Positions 39,384 through 49,595 are shown, numbered from the stretch's first letter. The stretch is 64,000 nucleotides of DNA from Candidatus Nanohaloarchaea archaeon (GCA_014297435.1 JACOQA010000003.1:1-64000), one strand, 5' to 3'. Notes: a model not told the origin generated them from the letters alone. Numbers and translations: made by a program.

Positions 39384-40190
39384 ATGAAGATCGAGGTTCT
39401 CGGCACGGTCCAGGATGGAGGAGTACCACACATGGATTGTAGCTGCCGGGTATGCGAGGAAGCTAGACAAGACTGTTCAAAACAAAGATACGTACACGCC
39501 GTCATGCTGAAGGAGAATGACGATGAAAACTCGATCCGGTATCTGATCGGAGCCAGCCCTGATATTAGAAACCAGATAAAGGGAGAGTTCCTCGACGGAG
39601 TATTCGTGTCGGACGACCACCTCGGAGATATTACAGGACTACTATTCCTAGGAGAGTCTTCTATGGATGCCTCCGGAGTACCTGTCTACTGCGCAGAAGG
39701 AGTAAAGGACTTCATAATGAAAAACGATCCGTACAGGTACATGGTCGACCGCGGAAATATTGAAACAGAAGTCGTAGACGAAGGAGAAGAAGTTGAGGTG
39801 CAGGGAGGTCATGTAGAACCTCGAGAAGTAATTCATAGAGGAGATTACGCTGACGCATTAAGCTTCATGATCCACGGAGAGGACAAAAAACTTTACTACG
39901 TCTCAGACCTCGACAAATGGACTGAAGACGCTATCGAATCGGTTAAAGAAGCTGATATTGCGATTGTCGATGGCTGCTTCTGGACGAAAGAGGAGCTGGA
40001 CAGGTTCGAGGAGGTTCCACACCCTCCGATCAAGGAGTCGATGGAAACGTTTTCGGACGTTGATACAGAGATCTACTTCACCCACATGAACCACACCAAC
40101 CCGGTACTGCTGGAGGACTCAGATGAGAGAAAGGAGATGGAGGAGAAAGGCTTCCAGATAGTTGAGAGAGGCATGGAGTTCGAGATCTAA
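39384..40190 (+). CDS. PqqB-like metallo-beta-lactamase-fold hydrolase
   Basis: LGTVQDGGVPHMDCSCRVC, VPHP, FTHMNHTNP; HxHxDH motif degenerate (DDHLGD). Confidence 0.88.
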   Translation: MKIEVLGTVQDGGVPHMDCSCRVCEEARQDCSKQRYVHAVMLKENDDENSIRYLIGASPDIRNQIKGEFLDGVFVSDDHLGDITGLLFLGESSMDASGVPVYCAEGVKDFIMKNDPYRYMVDRGNIETEVVDEGEEVEVQGGHVEPREVIHRGDYADALSFMIHGEDKKLYYVSDLDKWTEDAIESVKEADIAIVDGCFWTKEELDRFEEVPHPPIKESMETFSDVDTEIYFTHMNHTNPVLLEDSDERKEMEEKGFQIVERGMEFEI

Positions 40191-40490
40191 AGGCAGGAAC
40201 ACTAGATTCGGACCCTTAAAACCTCTCGTATATAAAGTTTTCTTCTTATTTGCTATCTACAGGGCAGTCAAAACGCTCAACGAATTCTTACACCAAACTC
40301 TGATCCGTCATGATCAAAAAATTCAACCTTCTGAAAGCATTCCTTACCTCGGTAACCACCGCACTAGTTTTACGTTCCGGAAACCACCTCAAAATGTTCT
40401 CACTGGTTGCAGGATTGATGACAGTAGGCGGGAGTCTGACATTAGAAATAGAAGATCAGATCAAAAGAAACATTTAGAGACCGATAACTA

Positions 40491-40877
40491 ATGTCTGCTA
40501 GTAAAGTTCCTGATATTTTCAAAGGCGAAATATCTAAGGAAGATAAAAAATTTCTATTAGAGCATGCTTGGAGTAAAAGAAGCCATTATAGAAGGAACTC
40601 TAGTTTTCTCCTAAGCCTACTAGTATCAACAACAGCTGTTTTTATTGCTTTCATAAATTACTATCTGAAAACCGCTGAATCATTAGGCGATTTTCTAGTA
40701 TTCTCACTGGTTTCTATTCTTTTCTCTTGTCTAATAATCATATTCGGATATAGTAGTTATTCCGCCTTCAAGACCTCAAACCATTACCAATCTATGTACT
40801 CAAGCTACTTAGAAACTTACTTTGAGGACTTAAGCGAAGAACTGATTGAGGATTATAAGGAGGACAAATTACTCTAG
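40491..40877 (+). CDS. AT-rich 2-TM hypothetical protein
   Basis: two TM helices; visibly lower GC than neighbours. Confidence 0.7.
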   Translation: MSASKVPDIFKGEISKEDKKFLLEHAWSKRSHYRRNSSFLLSLLVSTTAVFIAFINYYLKTAESLGDFLVFSLVSILFSCLIIIFGYSSYSAFKTSNHYQSMYSSYLETYFEDLSEELIEDYKEDKLL

Positions 40878-40918
40878 ATAACCGTCCGACTTTTAACTTT
40901 CCCACCCCCAATCTCGGG

Positions 40919-41185
40919 TATGGCAGGCCGGGCGGCTTGGGGTCGCCTCTGTCCGGAAATCCTCGTGATGCCGGAGCCGTCAACCAGGGAGCGGCGTCTC
41001 CTCTGAGGTTTCCAGCCCTCTTCGGTTCGCTGAGGGTCCGTCCTCCGGGATACTCTTGGTCGTGAACCGGGTCAGGCCTTGACGGGAGCAGCCCTAAGCG
41101 GTCAGGCGTATGTTCGGAGGGTGGCGGACCTGAGACCTGAGGAGGTTTACTGGGTCTCGAGGAACGTCCATCCCCGGGAGCCACC
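40919..41185 (+). ncRNA. ffs: signal recognition particle (7S) RNA
   Basis: Alu domain GGCCGGGCGGC-TTGGG-GTCGCC...TGT...; SRP54 site GTGAACC-GGGT-CAGG-CCT-TGAC-GGG-AGCAG-CCCTAAG; long helix-5 complementarity; TTTTAA box at 40891. Confidence 0.9.
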
Positions 41186-41653
41186 AGTTTTCCACAACTT
41201 TTCTACAAGGAGAGCTGAAACCGTTCCAATCAAAGCCCCAACCAGTACATCGGACGGATAGTGGAGCCCCAGATATACTCTTGAGAACCCGACTAGTCCG
41301 GCGACCAGAAACAGATAGTGTGTCTTGAAGCGTGTGTAGAGTATTGTTGCTAGTACGAATGCTGTTGCTGTATGTCCGGATGGAAATGAGTGCTGAGTAA
41401 AAGCAGTTCCAAGCGATTCTACTGTGGGCCTAGGTCTAGCAAAACCGAACTTGAGCCCATAAACAATTAGTCCTGTAAGAGAGAATCCTAGTAGTGTTTT
41501 GTTAGCTAGCTTCTTTTCCCGAGTGTAGAGGAAGCCTATTAGAACTGCTGCAAACGCTGTGCTTCCTAATGCTGTTAGACCCTGGAAGAACTCGTTGACT
41601 ATCGGCGTTCTTAGCGAGAGTATAAGTTCCATTACCTGTTTTTCGAGAGCCAT
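41147..41653 (-). CDS. PAP2 phosphatase
   Basis: KxxxxRPRP, SFPSGH, SRVYLGLHYPSDV. Confidence 0.94.
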   Translation of the reverse strand: MALEKQVMELILSLRTPIVNEFFQGLTALGSTAFAAVLIGFLYTREKKLANKTLLGFSLTGLIVYGLKFGFARPRPTVESLGTAFTQHSFPSGHTATAFVLATILYTRFKTHYLFLVAGLVGFSRVYLGLHYPSDVLVGALIGTVSALLVEKLWKTGGSRGWTFLETQ

Positions 41654-41797
41654 ACTGCTGTCTTTTCTGTGCTAGGACTATAGTTTTTACGGAAAACCGT
41701 ATTACAATAGCCCATAAATAGCATTTTGAACCGATATCTGTATTACAAACGGTCATCTGCAGATGATTTTACAACATTTGGCATCCAAGACTTCGGT

Positions 41798-42445
41798 GTG
41801 ATACACGTCTACGGCACCTCCCACGTTTCCAACGAAAGCCTCGACCTGATTGAGGAGAAGATCGATGAGCACGACCCCGAGATTGTCGCGCTTGAACTCG
41901 ACTTTGCACGTTTAAACGCTTTGCTAAGCGACCAGGATCATTCTTCAAACGGCGGCCCGGCATTCATCAGAATGATCAAAGCCTTCCAGGACTTTGCTGG
42001 AGGTAAGACAGGTGTTATGCCCGGGGAAGAAATGCTTCACGCATACAATAAATCGATGGAAGAAAGCAGGGAAGTCGCACTGATAGACCAGGAGATACAG
42101 GCAACCGTAGGCAAACTCAAATCTATTAAGTTGAGAGAAAAAGTAAAGGCGTTCGCACAACTAGTTGTAGGCTTTATCGGTTCCGGAGGCTTCGACTTCA
42201 ACGATATACCGGAAGAGGAATTGATCGACCAGCTCTTGTTTGAGATGAAGTTCAAGTTCCCTGACATGTACCGTGTTTTAGTTGAGGAGAGAAACGAGCA
42301 CATGAGAAGAGCTTTACTTAAGCTTCAAGAAAACAATCCTGACTCCGATATCGTGGCCTTTGTAGGTGCAGCACACAGGAAAGAACTCGAGAAACAGTTG
42401 AACGGAAAAGAGGTTAAGACTTCTCAGCAAACTCTCGAATTATGA
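41798..42445 (+). CDS. TraB/PrgY (GumN) family protein
   Basis: YGTSHVS, VALELD, ERN, FVGAAH; probable GTG start. Confidence 0.9.
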   Translation: MIHVYGTSHVSNESLDLIEEKIDEHDPEIVALELDFARLNALLSDQDHSSNGGPAFIRMIKAFQDFAGGKTGVMPGEEMLHAYNKSMEESREVALIDQEIQATVGKLKSIKLREKVKAFAQLVVGFIGSGGFDFNDIPEEELIDQLLFEMKFKFPDMYRVLVEERNEHMRRALLKLQENNPDSDIVAFVGAAHRKELEKQLNGKEVKTSQQTLEL

Positions 42446-43155
42446 AGTCGATAGTTAAAATCTCGTGGGGTTCTGGAAAACCGGTTCTAAAGCTAGCAAC
42501 TGAAAACGGCTTCGAGTACCTTGAGCTGGAGAAAGGGAAGAAGCTTGAATACGAACTTACAACGGATAGAAGGTGTACCGGCCATTTTGAGTCCCGGGGA
42601 AACCATGTTGCTTGCCCGGATTTTAAGCAGATTGATAGCGGCGACCAGTGCCAGGAGTGTAGAAGAAAGGATATCTACACCGACTGGCGTGAAGGAAACT
42701 CAACACCTTACGATGCGGATTACTCTGTTTATCTCGTGCAGTCGAGCAATAATGTGAAAGTTGGTGTTACAAAGACTTCAAGACTTCAAGAACGCTGGCT
42801 GGAGCAGGGTGCAGAGTACGCAGCCGAGATAATATCCGAAGTAAGTGGCGATACTGCTTTAGAAAAGGAGAAAGAGATATCAGAGGAAGGCGTTAGTGAA
42901 AGAATAAGCAAGTCTACGAAATCAGGTGAAGCCGATGTTACGCGTTTAAAGTCTACTTTGGAGAAGCTTGGTTTTGATGCCGAGATCCAGAATATTGCGG
43001 AGTCTATAAACTGCGAGCTTAAACGGAAAGGCCGTTTTCCTTCACCTGTCGAAAAAGTTAAGGGTCAGATTATTTCTAACGGGCGTTACGGATTGATACT
43101 AGACTCTGGAAAGGTCTTGAAGAAACCAGAGCAGAGAGGACTAGCTGACTACTAA
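42442..43155 (+). CDS. DUF2797-like protein
   Basis: RCTG...ACP...QCQEC, VYL...VKVGVT...RWLEQGA. Confidence 0.85.
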   Translation: MKSIVKISWGSGKPVLKLATENGFEYLELEKGKKLEYELTTDRRCTGHFESRGNHVACPDFKQIDSGDQCQECRRKDIYTDWREGNSTPYDADYSVYLVQSSNNVKVGVTKTSRLQERWLEQGAEYAAEIISEVSGDTALEKEKEISEEGVSERISKSTKSGEADVTRLKSTLEKLGFDAEIQNIAESINCELKRKGRFPSPVEKVKGQIISNGRYGLILDSGKVLKKPEQRGLADY

Positions 43156-43190
43156 ATGTTTTAAATCGAAAATGCTCTAATCCCGATTTG

Positions 43191-43343
43191 ATGAGTCGTT
43201 TAGTTAATTTATTCGTGATTTCAAGCCTGTTGCTTGTTCCATTTATCGGTTTTATCGAGTTAATGATCGGAAACTACTACTTTGCTTCTTCGGCGTTTAT
43301 CTCGTCTATCATGGTTCTGTGGATTTTCTGGGACTTCGGGTAA
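43191..43343 (+). CDS. 50-aa 2-TM membrane protein (not in ORF track)
   Basis: MSRLVNLFVISSLLLVPFIGFIELMIGNYYFASSAFISSIMVLWIFWDFG*; TTTTAAAT box upstream. Confidence 0.6.
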   Translation: MSRLVNLFVISSLLLVPFIGFIELMIGNYYFASSAFISSIMVLWIFWDFG

Positions 43344-43377
43344 CGATCTTTAAACAGTACGATAACAAGTATTAGGT

Positions 43378-43857
43378 ATGACTGATTTCGAGCGAGCGCT
43401 CGTAAACTCTTTCAACGACTTTTTCGAGGAAGAAAGTTTGGAAGGTATCGCGCATAGAAAGAAGCAGCACCGTTTCTCATCCCAGTTATGCGATGTATTG
43501 GTTGACTCGCCTCATGAAATGTTTTACCTAGCGATAGAGAACAAATCAGTCAAGACTTCAAGCACGAACAAGCTCTACTTCTCTCAGCATTTTTCGGTTA
43601 GTGATGACGGTCATCAGGTTGAGAGGATAAGTGATTTTGTTGATCGATCCGGTAGAACAGGTTTTCTTGCTGTTGAACTGAAGAGAGGGAGAGGTAAGTC
43701 CCGGAAAGCCTACATGGTTCCATGGGAGGCAGTGAGAGAAGCCTACACTAATGATGAGACCGGACTTCATATCGATGAGATCAAGCAGTACCCGGAGATC
43801 TTCCGTTCGAGCGAGTCCTATTCTATTGCGGAGATCTGCCAGGAGATGAAGATATAG
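43378..43857 (+). CDS. PD-(D/E)xK nuclease, Holliday-junction-resolvase-like
   Basis: FERAL, CDVLV, AIENKS, GFLAVE. Confidence 0.78.
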   Translation: MTDFERALVNSFNDFFEEESLEGIAHRKKQHRFSSQLCDVLVDSPHEMFYLAIENKSVKTSSTNKLYFSQHFSVSDDGHQVERISDFVDRSGRTGFLAVELKRGRGKSRKAYMVPWEAVREAYTNDETGLHIDEIKQYPEIFRSSESYSIAEICQEMKI

Positions 43858-43895
43858 GCAGAGACTTTATAGGTCTCAGAAACTGAAATTTCTGT

Positions 43896-44501
43896 GTGCC
43901 GAACCGTTTCAAACCCTCGATCGAAGAAGTAAACGCATTTGTTGCTGCGACTGTTGCAATTACGGCAGCCTTTACAGCTTTCAAAGGCAACATCACTGTC
44001 AGATCTGTAGTTTTTTACGGCGCTGTCTCCGGACTAATACTTTTGTCGAGGGAGATAGGTCAGAGAACTATCGCCCAGTGGATGGAAGCTGACGTAGAAC
44101 TCAAGCTTTCTCCTGAAGGAACCGTTCTAACCCTTTTAGGAGCAGGAATGAGCTTTTTGAGTTCTATACCCGTGATAATGCTTTTCCCTATAACTTCAAA
44201 CTTTTCGATCACAAGCTACGAACACTGGGGCAAAGGTGTTGATGCGATGTGGATAAAGAGAGAACAGTGGTTTGTCAACGCAGGGTTGGTTGCTTTAAGC
44301 ATTCTGTGGCTTGGATTTTACTCTCTAGGAATTAGTAATGGTGCTGAAGCGGTTTCATTCTTCGCATTATTCCAATTACTGCCTTTCGACTACTCCGGTA
44401 TACCTACAGGGAGGCTGGATGGCGCAGTAATTCTGAAGCATAACGGTTTTAGGTGGATTCTCTGGTTTGCCTTAGCCTGGATCTCAGTAGTTCCACTTTA
44501 G
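43896..44501 (+). CDS. membrane protein, degenerate site-2-protease (M50)-like
   Basis: REIGQ at the HExxH position; FQLLPF...LDG. Confidence 0.7.
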   Translation: MPNRFKPSIEEVNAFVAATVAITAAFTAFKGNITVRSVVFYGAVSGLILLSREIGQRTIAQWMEADVELKLSPEGTVLTLLGAGMSFLSSIPVIMLFPITSNFSITSYEHWGKGVDAMWIKREQWFVNAGLVALSILWLGFYSLGISNGAEAVSFFALFQLLPFDYSGIPTGRLDGAVILKHNGFRWILWFALAWISVVPL

Positions 44502-44535
44502 TACATATTTAAATTAGAGAACAATAACAAATTCT

Positions 44536-44958
44536 GTGAAAAAGGGAATATCTCCAATAATTTCAGCAGTAGTTCTAATCGCCTTTTTAATGACTGTAGC
44601 AGGTTTAGCTGGACCTTACTTTACAGATGTCTTCGAAAATACTTCAGACGAAGCAACTAATCAGCAAGAAGACCTTGTCGAATCTTCAAAGGGTGAACTA
44701 GAGATTAAGGAGATGAGTTACGACTCTGGAAAAGGGTCCTACATGGTTGAGATCAAGAACACAGGAACTACAAACATCAAGAATCTTACTATAACAATTA
44801 CTGGAGATAAACCGGTTCAGAAGAGAGCAAGCAGTAGCTTGGCTCCCGGAGAGATAAGACAGATAAGTGTATCATCCACCTCAAGAGAAGGCGAGCTACA
44901 GATAACGAGTGCAGACGCAAACATGGATATATACAGAGATTTGAACCAGACAAGTTAA
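44536..44958 (+). CDS. archaeal type IV pilin (class III signal peptide)
   Basis: MKKG|ISPIISAVVLIAF. Confidence 0.9.
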   Translation: MKKGISPIISAVVLIAFLMTVAGLAGPYFTDVFENTSDEATNQQEDLVESSKGELEIKEMSYDSGKGSYMVEIKNTGTTNIKNLTITITGDKPVQKRASSSLAPGEIRQISVSSTSREGELQITSADANMDIYRDLNQTS

Positions 44959-45174
44959 GAAGAAACAAGTGATAGAACTTGAGACCTGGAAGAAACTAAT
45001 AATCTAAGTTAAAAGCCAAATGCTTAGCCTAATTAGAATGAGAGAAACTCTAATCCTCGGGTTGTGCACGTTTCAATTTTGAAATAAAAGATGATAATCG
45101 GAGACCATGAGCCAAGTCTCTGATTTTAGTAGGTCAGGAGTGACTTTATATTCAGGCGCACTTCTAACAAGAAT

Positions 45175-46437
45175 ATGCCGAAGATCAGTGTTGGAAGAGA
45201 TCAAGAGGATAGAGACGAGCACGGTCTGAAAGGAACCGGCATAATTGGTAAACACCTGGTAGGCGAGAACGAGGAAGCTCACAAAGCTAACCCGATCTAC
45301 TTCGATCTCGCAAGACCTCACGTCATGGGAATCTTCGGTAAAAGAGGTACAGGCAAATCATACTCGATGGGCACCATAGCTGAGGAGATACAGTCCTCTG
45401 ATGTAGCAGATAATCTTTCTACCGTTATAATCGATTCTATGGGCATCTACTGGTCGATGAAACACCCTAACAACCGTTCAATTTCTATTCTTGAGGACTG
45501 GGATATTGAACCCAAAGGCTACGACGCAAACGTATACATTCCGGAAGGGAAGACTAGGGAGTTCGAGAAGAAGGAGATGCCTTACGACGGCACCTTTACA
45601 CTGAACCCCGGAGAGTTTACAGCCCAAGAATGGGCGATGGCGTTCGACTTCGATCTAAGTTCCCAACAAGGTATTCTGCTCGAAAGAGTTATCTCCAAAC
45701 TAAAGGAGAAGAGAGGTTCGGATTACACTCTAGAAGATATTGTACAGGCCGCAAAAAAGTTCGACTTCCCGAAAGAGATCGAAGAAGGATTGGTAAACAG
45801 GTTCAGAGCTGCGGAGGATTGGGGAGTGTTCGGCGAAGAGTCAACTATTGAAAAGTTCACCGAAAGAGCTGAGATGTCAATAGTTGACGTATCAGTCTTC
45901 GGAGAGCTCTCCTCAGGATGGTCGGTAAGATCTCTTATTGTCGGTTTAATGGCGAAAAGAATACTTAAGAAGCGGATGACGGCGAGAAGGATAGAGGAGA
46001 TAGAAGAAATGGACAACATCTCCCAGAACGAGATGCCTATCACTTGGATGTTTATAGACGAAGCACACGAGTTCCTGCCAGCAAAGGGAAAAACTCCTGC
46101 AACAGACCCACTACTGAAATGGGTAAAGATCGGTAGAGAACCAGGGGTTTCCCTGGTTTTAGCCACCCAGCAACCTGCAAAACTTCATCCTAACGCGCTT
46201 TCACAGTGCGATATAATTCTCTCCCACCGTTTGACTGCTAAACAGGATATTAATGCTTTAGGAGAGATCATGCAGACGTACATGCGTCACGATATCGGAC
46301 ATTATATCGATGCTTTGCCCGATCAGCCAGGAACCGGTTTAATACTGGATGACAACTCAGAAAGAATTTACCCGATCCAGATGAGACCTAGAAAGTCGTG
46401 GCACGCTGGAGGAACACCTGACGCATTCGAGGACTGA
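45175..46437 (+). CDS. HerA/VirB4-like (DUF87) P-loop ATPase
   Basis: PHVMGIFGKRGTGKSY, IDEAH, GREPGVSLVLATQQP. Confidence 0.9.
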   Translation: MPKISVGRDQEDRDEHGLKGTGIIGKHLVGENEEAHKANPIYFDLARPHVMGIFGKRGTGKSYSMGTIAEEIQSSDVADNLSTVIIDSMGIYWSMKHPNNRSISILEDWDIEPKGYDANVYIPEGKTREFEKKEMPYDGTFTLNPGEFTAQEWAMAFDFDLSSQQGILLERVISKLKEKRGSDYTLEDIVQAAKKFDFPKEIEEGLVNRFRAAEDWGVFGEESTIEKFTERAEMSIVDVSVFGELSSGWSVRSLIVGLMAKRILKKRMTARRIEEIEEMDNISQNEMPITWMFIDEAHEFLPAKGKTPATDPLLKWVKIGREPGVSLVLATQQPAKLHPNALSQCDIILSHRLTAKQDINALGEIMQTYMRHDIGHYIDALPDQPGTGLILDDNSERIYPIQMRPRKSWHAGGTPDAFED

Positions 46438-46443
46438 TAAATA

Positions 46444-46953
46444 ATGGTTTTCGACGCTTTAACAGTTCAGGAAGTTCTGAAACGTTTTGTAATGGCTCCA
46501 ACCAACTACGAACTTCTACCTTCGCTACTACCTATTATCGGAGGCGCGCTTGTAATAGAGCTTTACTTCGGCAAACACGAATCAGAGAGTCTAGGTTGGA
46601 ACACATCTGTCGGGAACGCGGTTATTTGGGTTACAACCGGCATCTCACTCTTGATAACTTCGGAGCTTGGTCAGATGGAGAGATATGCGTCTTACTTCCT
46701 TGTAGTAGTCGGATCTCTGGTCGGCTACATGAACTTCTATCATAAATGGTCCGAATCTGTTGCTTTCATAATTTCATCAGCAGGTATAGTTTACTCACTC
46801 GCCTACGTAACCGTAGTACTGGTTAAAACGGATATACCGGTTAACAACACGGTTTTGAAGGCCTCACTAATATTTATCGTTGCGACTAATCTAGGTTTCA
46901 AGATCCTTCAGATGTTTGAAACTCCAGCAAATGACGGCTTCGGCATGAGGTAA
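46444..46953 (+). CDS. multi-pass membrane protein
   Basis: about five TM helices; ELYFGKH..E.LGWNTSVGN; 6 nt after the ATPase stop. Confidence 0.8.
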   Translation: MVFDALTVQEVLKRFVMAPTNYELLPSLLPIIGGALVIELYFGKHESESLGWNTSVGNAVIWVTTGISLLITSELGQMERYASYFLVVVGSLVGYMNFYHKWSESVAFIISSAGIVYSLAYVTVVLVKTDIPVNNTVLKASLIFIVATNLGFKILQMFETPANDGFGMR

Positions 46954-47002
46954 ACCCATCCATCAAAACCGGTTTAACTCTTCCCTACACGATTTAAGCT
47001 AG

Positions 47003-49165
47003 ATGGATCTGCTTGAATCCGACAAGATTGAGTCCCGTACATACCAGGAAGTTATCGCTGCCTCGGCAATAGACCAGAACACGCTTGTTGTTCTACCTAC
47101 AGGACTAGGTAAAACTGTTATAGCTGCTATGGTTGCGGCAGAGAAGCTTGAAACCGGCAAAGTACTTTTCATGGCTCCAACAAAGCCTTTAGCCGAACAA
47201 CATCTCTCAAGCTTCAAAGACTTTATTGACATCGATGAAGATGAAATGGCAGTCATGACAGGCAAAACTAGACCCGATGAACGCTATGATCTGTGGGAGA
47301 ATAAAAGAGCTTTCTTTGCAACTCCACAGGTAGTTGAAAACGATCTAATATCCGGAGAAGTGCCTGTAAAGGATTTCTCGCTCGTTATATTTGACGAGGC
47401 GCATAGAGCTACAGGAGAGTACAGCTATGTATTCATAAATGATAGGATGCGCGTGCATAAGATGGCTTTGACCGCTTCTCCCGGCGGAAGCAAGGAAAAG
47501 ATCATGGAAGTTGCAGAAAACCTTGATATCGAGAACTTCGAGGTAAGAACCGAAGACGACCCGGACGTCGAACCCTACATACAGGAGAGAGAAGTCGAGT
47601 GGCAGAAAGTGAGCCTTGATGATAGATTCAAAGCCGCAAAGAGAAACCTTGAGGAGTCTCAGAGAGACCAGCTTAAAGAACTGAAAAAACTAGGACACAT
47701 AAGTTCGACTTCGAACGTACACAAAGGAGACCTTCTAAAGTTGAGAGGTAAGATCAGCTCGAAGCTTTCCAGTTCTGATGATCCAAAACTGTACAAAGCA
47801 ATTTCACTGGTTGCAACAGCTCTCAAGATTTCACAGGCTTCCGAACTACTCGAGACACAGGGAATTACACAGTGCTACAGGTACATAGATGGACTGGAGA
47901 CGGATGACTCTAAAGCCGCGAAGAGAGCACTAAATAACGACCAGTTCAAGAGAGCGAAGAACCTTGTTAAACATTTGAAGAAGAAAGGAGAAGAACACCC
48001 CAAGTTAGACAAACTGAGAGAGATTTTATCTGATATGAACGATGATGAGAAAGCTCTTGTCTTCACCGAGTACCGGGACTCGACCGAGATGATCACTGAG
48101 GAGCTGGAGACTGAGGGACTAGATACAACCACGTTTATTGGTCAGCAAGGAGAGAAAGGAATGAGCCAGACACAGCAGAAGGAAGTGCTGGAAGACTTTA
48201 GAGACGATGAATATGATGTTGTGGTTTCGACAAGTATCGGAGAAGAAGGTCTCGATATTCCGAGCGTCGACTACGTAATTTTTTACGAACCTGTGGCTTC
48301 CGGTATTAGAGACATCCAACGTTCTGGACGTACAGGAAGGCAGGAATCCGGAAAGGTCTATGTTTTGATGGCGGAGAACACTAGAGATGAAGGTCATTAC
48401 TGGAGCGCCCACCACAAGAAAAACAACATGAACAGCGTCCTTCAGGAGTTAAAAGAGGAGGAACTGGAGACAGAAGATCACAAGACCCTTGACAGCTTCG
48501 AGGGAGAAGAAGAGAACCAAGAAAAAGAGGATAATAAGATAGAGATTGTTGCGGACGACCGGGAGAACAAGATACTCAAGAAGCTTGCCAAACTGGATAT
48601 TGAAGTCAATCAGGAACGTCTAGATGTAGCAGACTTTCTTGTATCAGACAGAACCGCGGTCGAGAGGAAACAAACCGAAGACTTTGTTGACTCGCTTGTA
48701 GACCAGAGGCTTTTCTCCCAACTTCCCGAACTTCAGCAGTTCGAGAAACCGGTACTACTAATAGAAGGAGAAGAGCTTTACTCCCACAGAAAGATTCATC
48801 CGAACGCCATCAGAGGTGCTTTAGCCTCTATAGCTGTAGATCATGGTATTCCGGTTCTTTGGGCGGATGACCAGGAAGAGACATCCGAAATGTTGAAGGC
48901 GTTGGCTAAAAGAGAACAGGAGGATCAGGACAGAGATGTAGCAGTTAGAGGCTCGAAATCAGGGACTACGGAGAGACAGCATCAGGAATTTGTCGTAGCC
49001 GGACTTCCTTCGGTAAACACGAAGCTTGCGAAAAGATTGCTTGAAGAGTTCGGTTCGATCCAGAAAGTATTTTCGGCTTCGGAAGATGAGTTGAAAGAGG
49101 TGGAGGGTATTGGCGAGAAAAAAGCCTCATCGATCCGTAGTTTGGTGGAGAAAGAGTATGAGTAA
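47003..49165 (+). CDS. hef: Hef (FANCM/XPF-like) helicase-ERCC4 nuclease
   Basis: PTGLGKT, DEAH, TAS, QRSGRTGR, ERK nuclease motif, C-terminal HhH pair. Confidence 0.95.
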   Translation: MDLLESDKIESRTYQEVIAASAIDQNTLVVLPTGLGKTVIAAMVAAEKLETGKVLFMAPTKPLAEQHLSSFKDFIDIDEDEMAVMTGKTRPDERYDLWENKRAFFATPQVVENDLISGEVPVKDFSLVIFDEAHRATGEYSYVFINDRMRVHKMALTASPGGSKEKIMEVAENLDIENFEVRTEDDPDVEPYIQEREVEWQKVSLDDRFKAAKRNLEESQRDQLKELKKLGHISSTSNVHKGDLLKLRGKISSKLSSSDDPKLYKAISLVATALKISQASELLETQGITQCYRYIDGLETDDSKAAKRALNNDQFKRAKNLVKHLKKKGEEHPKLDKLREILSDMNDDEKALVFTEYRDSTEMITEELETEGLDTTTFIGQQGEKGMSQTQQKEVLEDFRDDEYDVVVSTSIGEEGLDIPSVDYVIFYEPVASGIRDIQRSGRTGRQESGKVYVLMAENTRDEGHYWSAHHKKNNMNSVLQELKEEELETEDHKTLDSFEGEEENQEKEDNKIEIVADDRENKILKKLAKLDIEVNQERLDVADFLVSDRTAVERKQTEDFVDSLVDQRLFSQLPELQQFEKPVLLIEGEELYSHRKIHPNAIRGALASIAVDHGIPVLWADDQEETSEMLKALAKREQEDQDRDVAVRGSKSGTTERQHQEFVVAGLPSVNTKLAKRLLEEFGSIQKVFSASEDELKEVEGIGEKKASSIRSLVEKEYE

Positions 49166-49595
49166 AAGACCTCTAATAGTAGGTATAGATCCCGGTAATA
49201 CTTCTGCAGTTGCAGCCTTGGATCTTGAAGGTGAGCTAGTTTTCCTCGAAAGCAGACTGGAGTTTTCAAGGTCAGAGATTATTCAGAAAATTATAGAAGT
49301 GGGACATCCTGTAGTTGTGAGCTGCGATAAAGCTGATATGCCTTCTAACGTCGAGAAAATAGCTTCCTCGCTTGGGGCGAACAGGTTCGAACCTGAGGAA
49401 GATCTTCCAAAACAGAGGAAAGAAGAGCTTGGTAGAGGCGATAATTCTCATGAGAAGGATGCTCATGCCTCTGCTTTGCATGCATATAAGTCTTTGAGAA
49501 AGCAGTTCCGGAAGATTAACAAGCGATCCAGAGAAAATGATCTTAGAAAGTGGGATGTGGCGAAGGATTACTTCTCTCAAAGAGGAGATGTTTGA
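49158..49595 (+). CDS. DUF460 (RNase H-like fold) protein
   Basis: IVGIDPG, GHPVVVSCD, NSHEKDA. Confidence 0.88.
   Translation: MSKRPLIVGIDPGNTSAVAALDLEGELVFLESRLEFSRSEIIQKIIEVGHPVVVSCDKADMPSNVEKIASSLGANRFEPEEDLPKQRKEELGRGDNSHEKDAHASALHAYKSLRKQFRKINKRSRENDLRKWDVAKDYFSQRGDV

Noticed and set aside
39384-40190. PQQ biosynthesis locus
   Set aside because: No pqqC/D/E nearby, and the adjacent peptide lacks the PqqA ExxxY motif
40792-41261. Pro/Gly-rich ORFs 40792..41184(-) and 41079..41261(+)
   Set aside because: They are artefacts of the GC-rich SRP RNA gene; composition is unlike this acidic proteome
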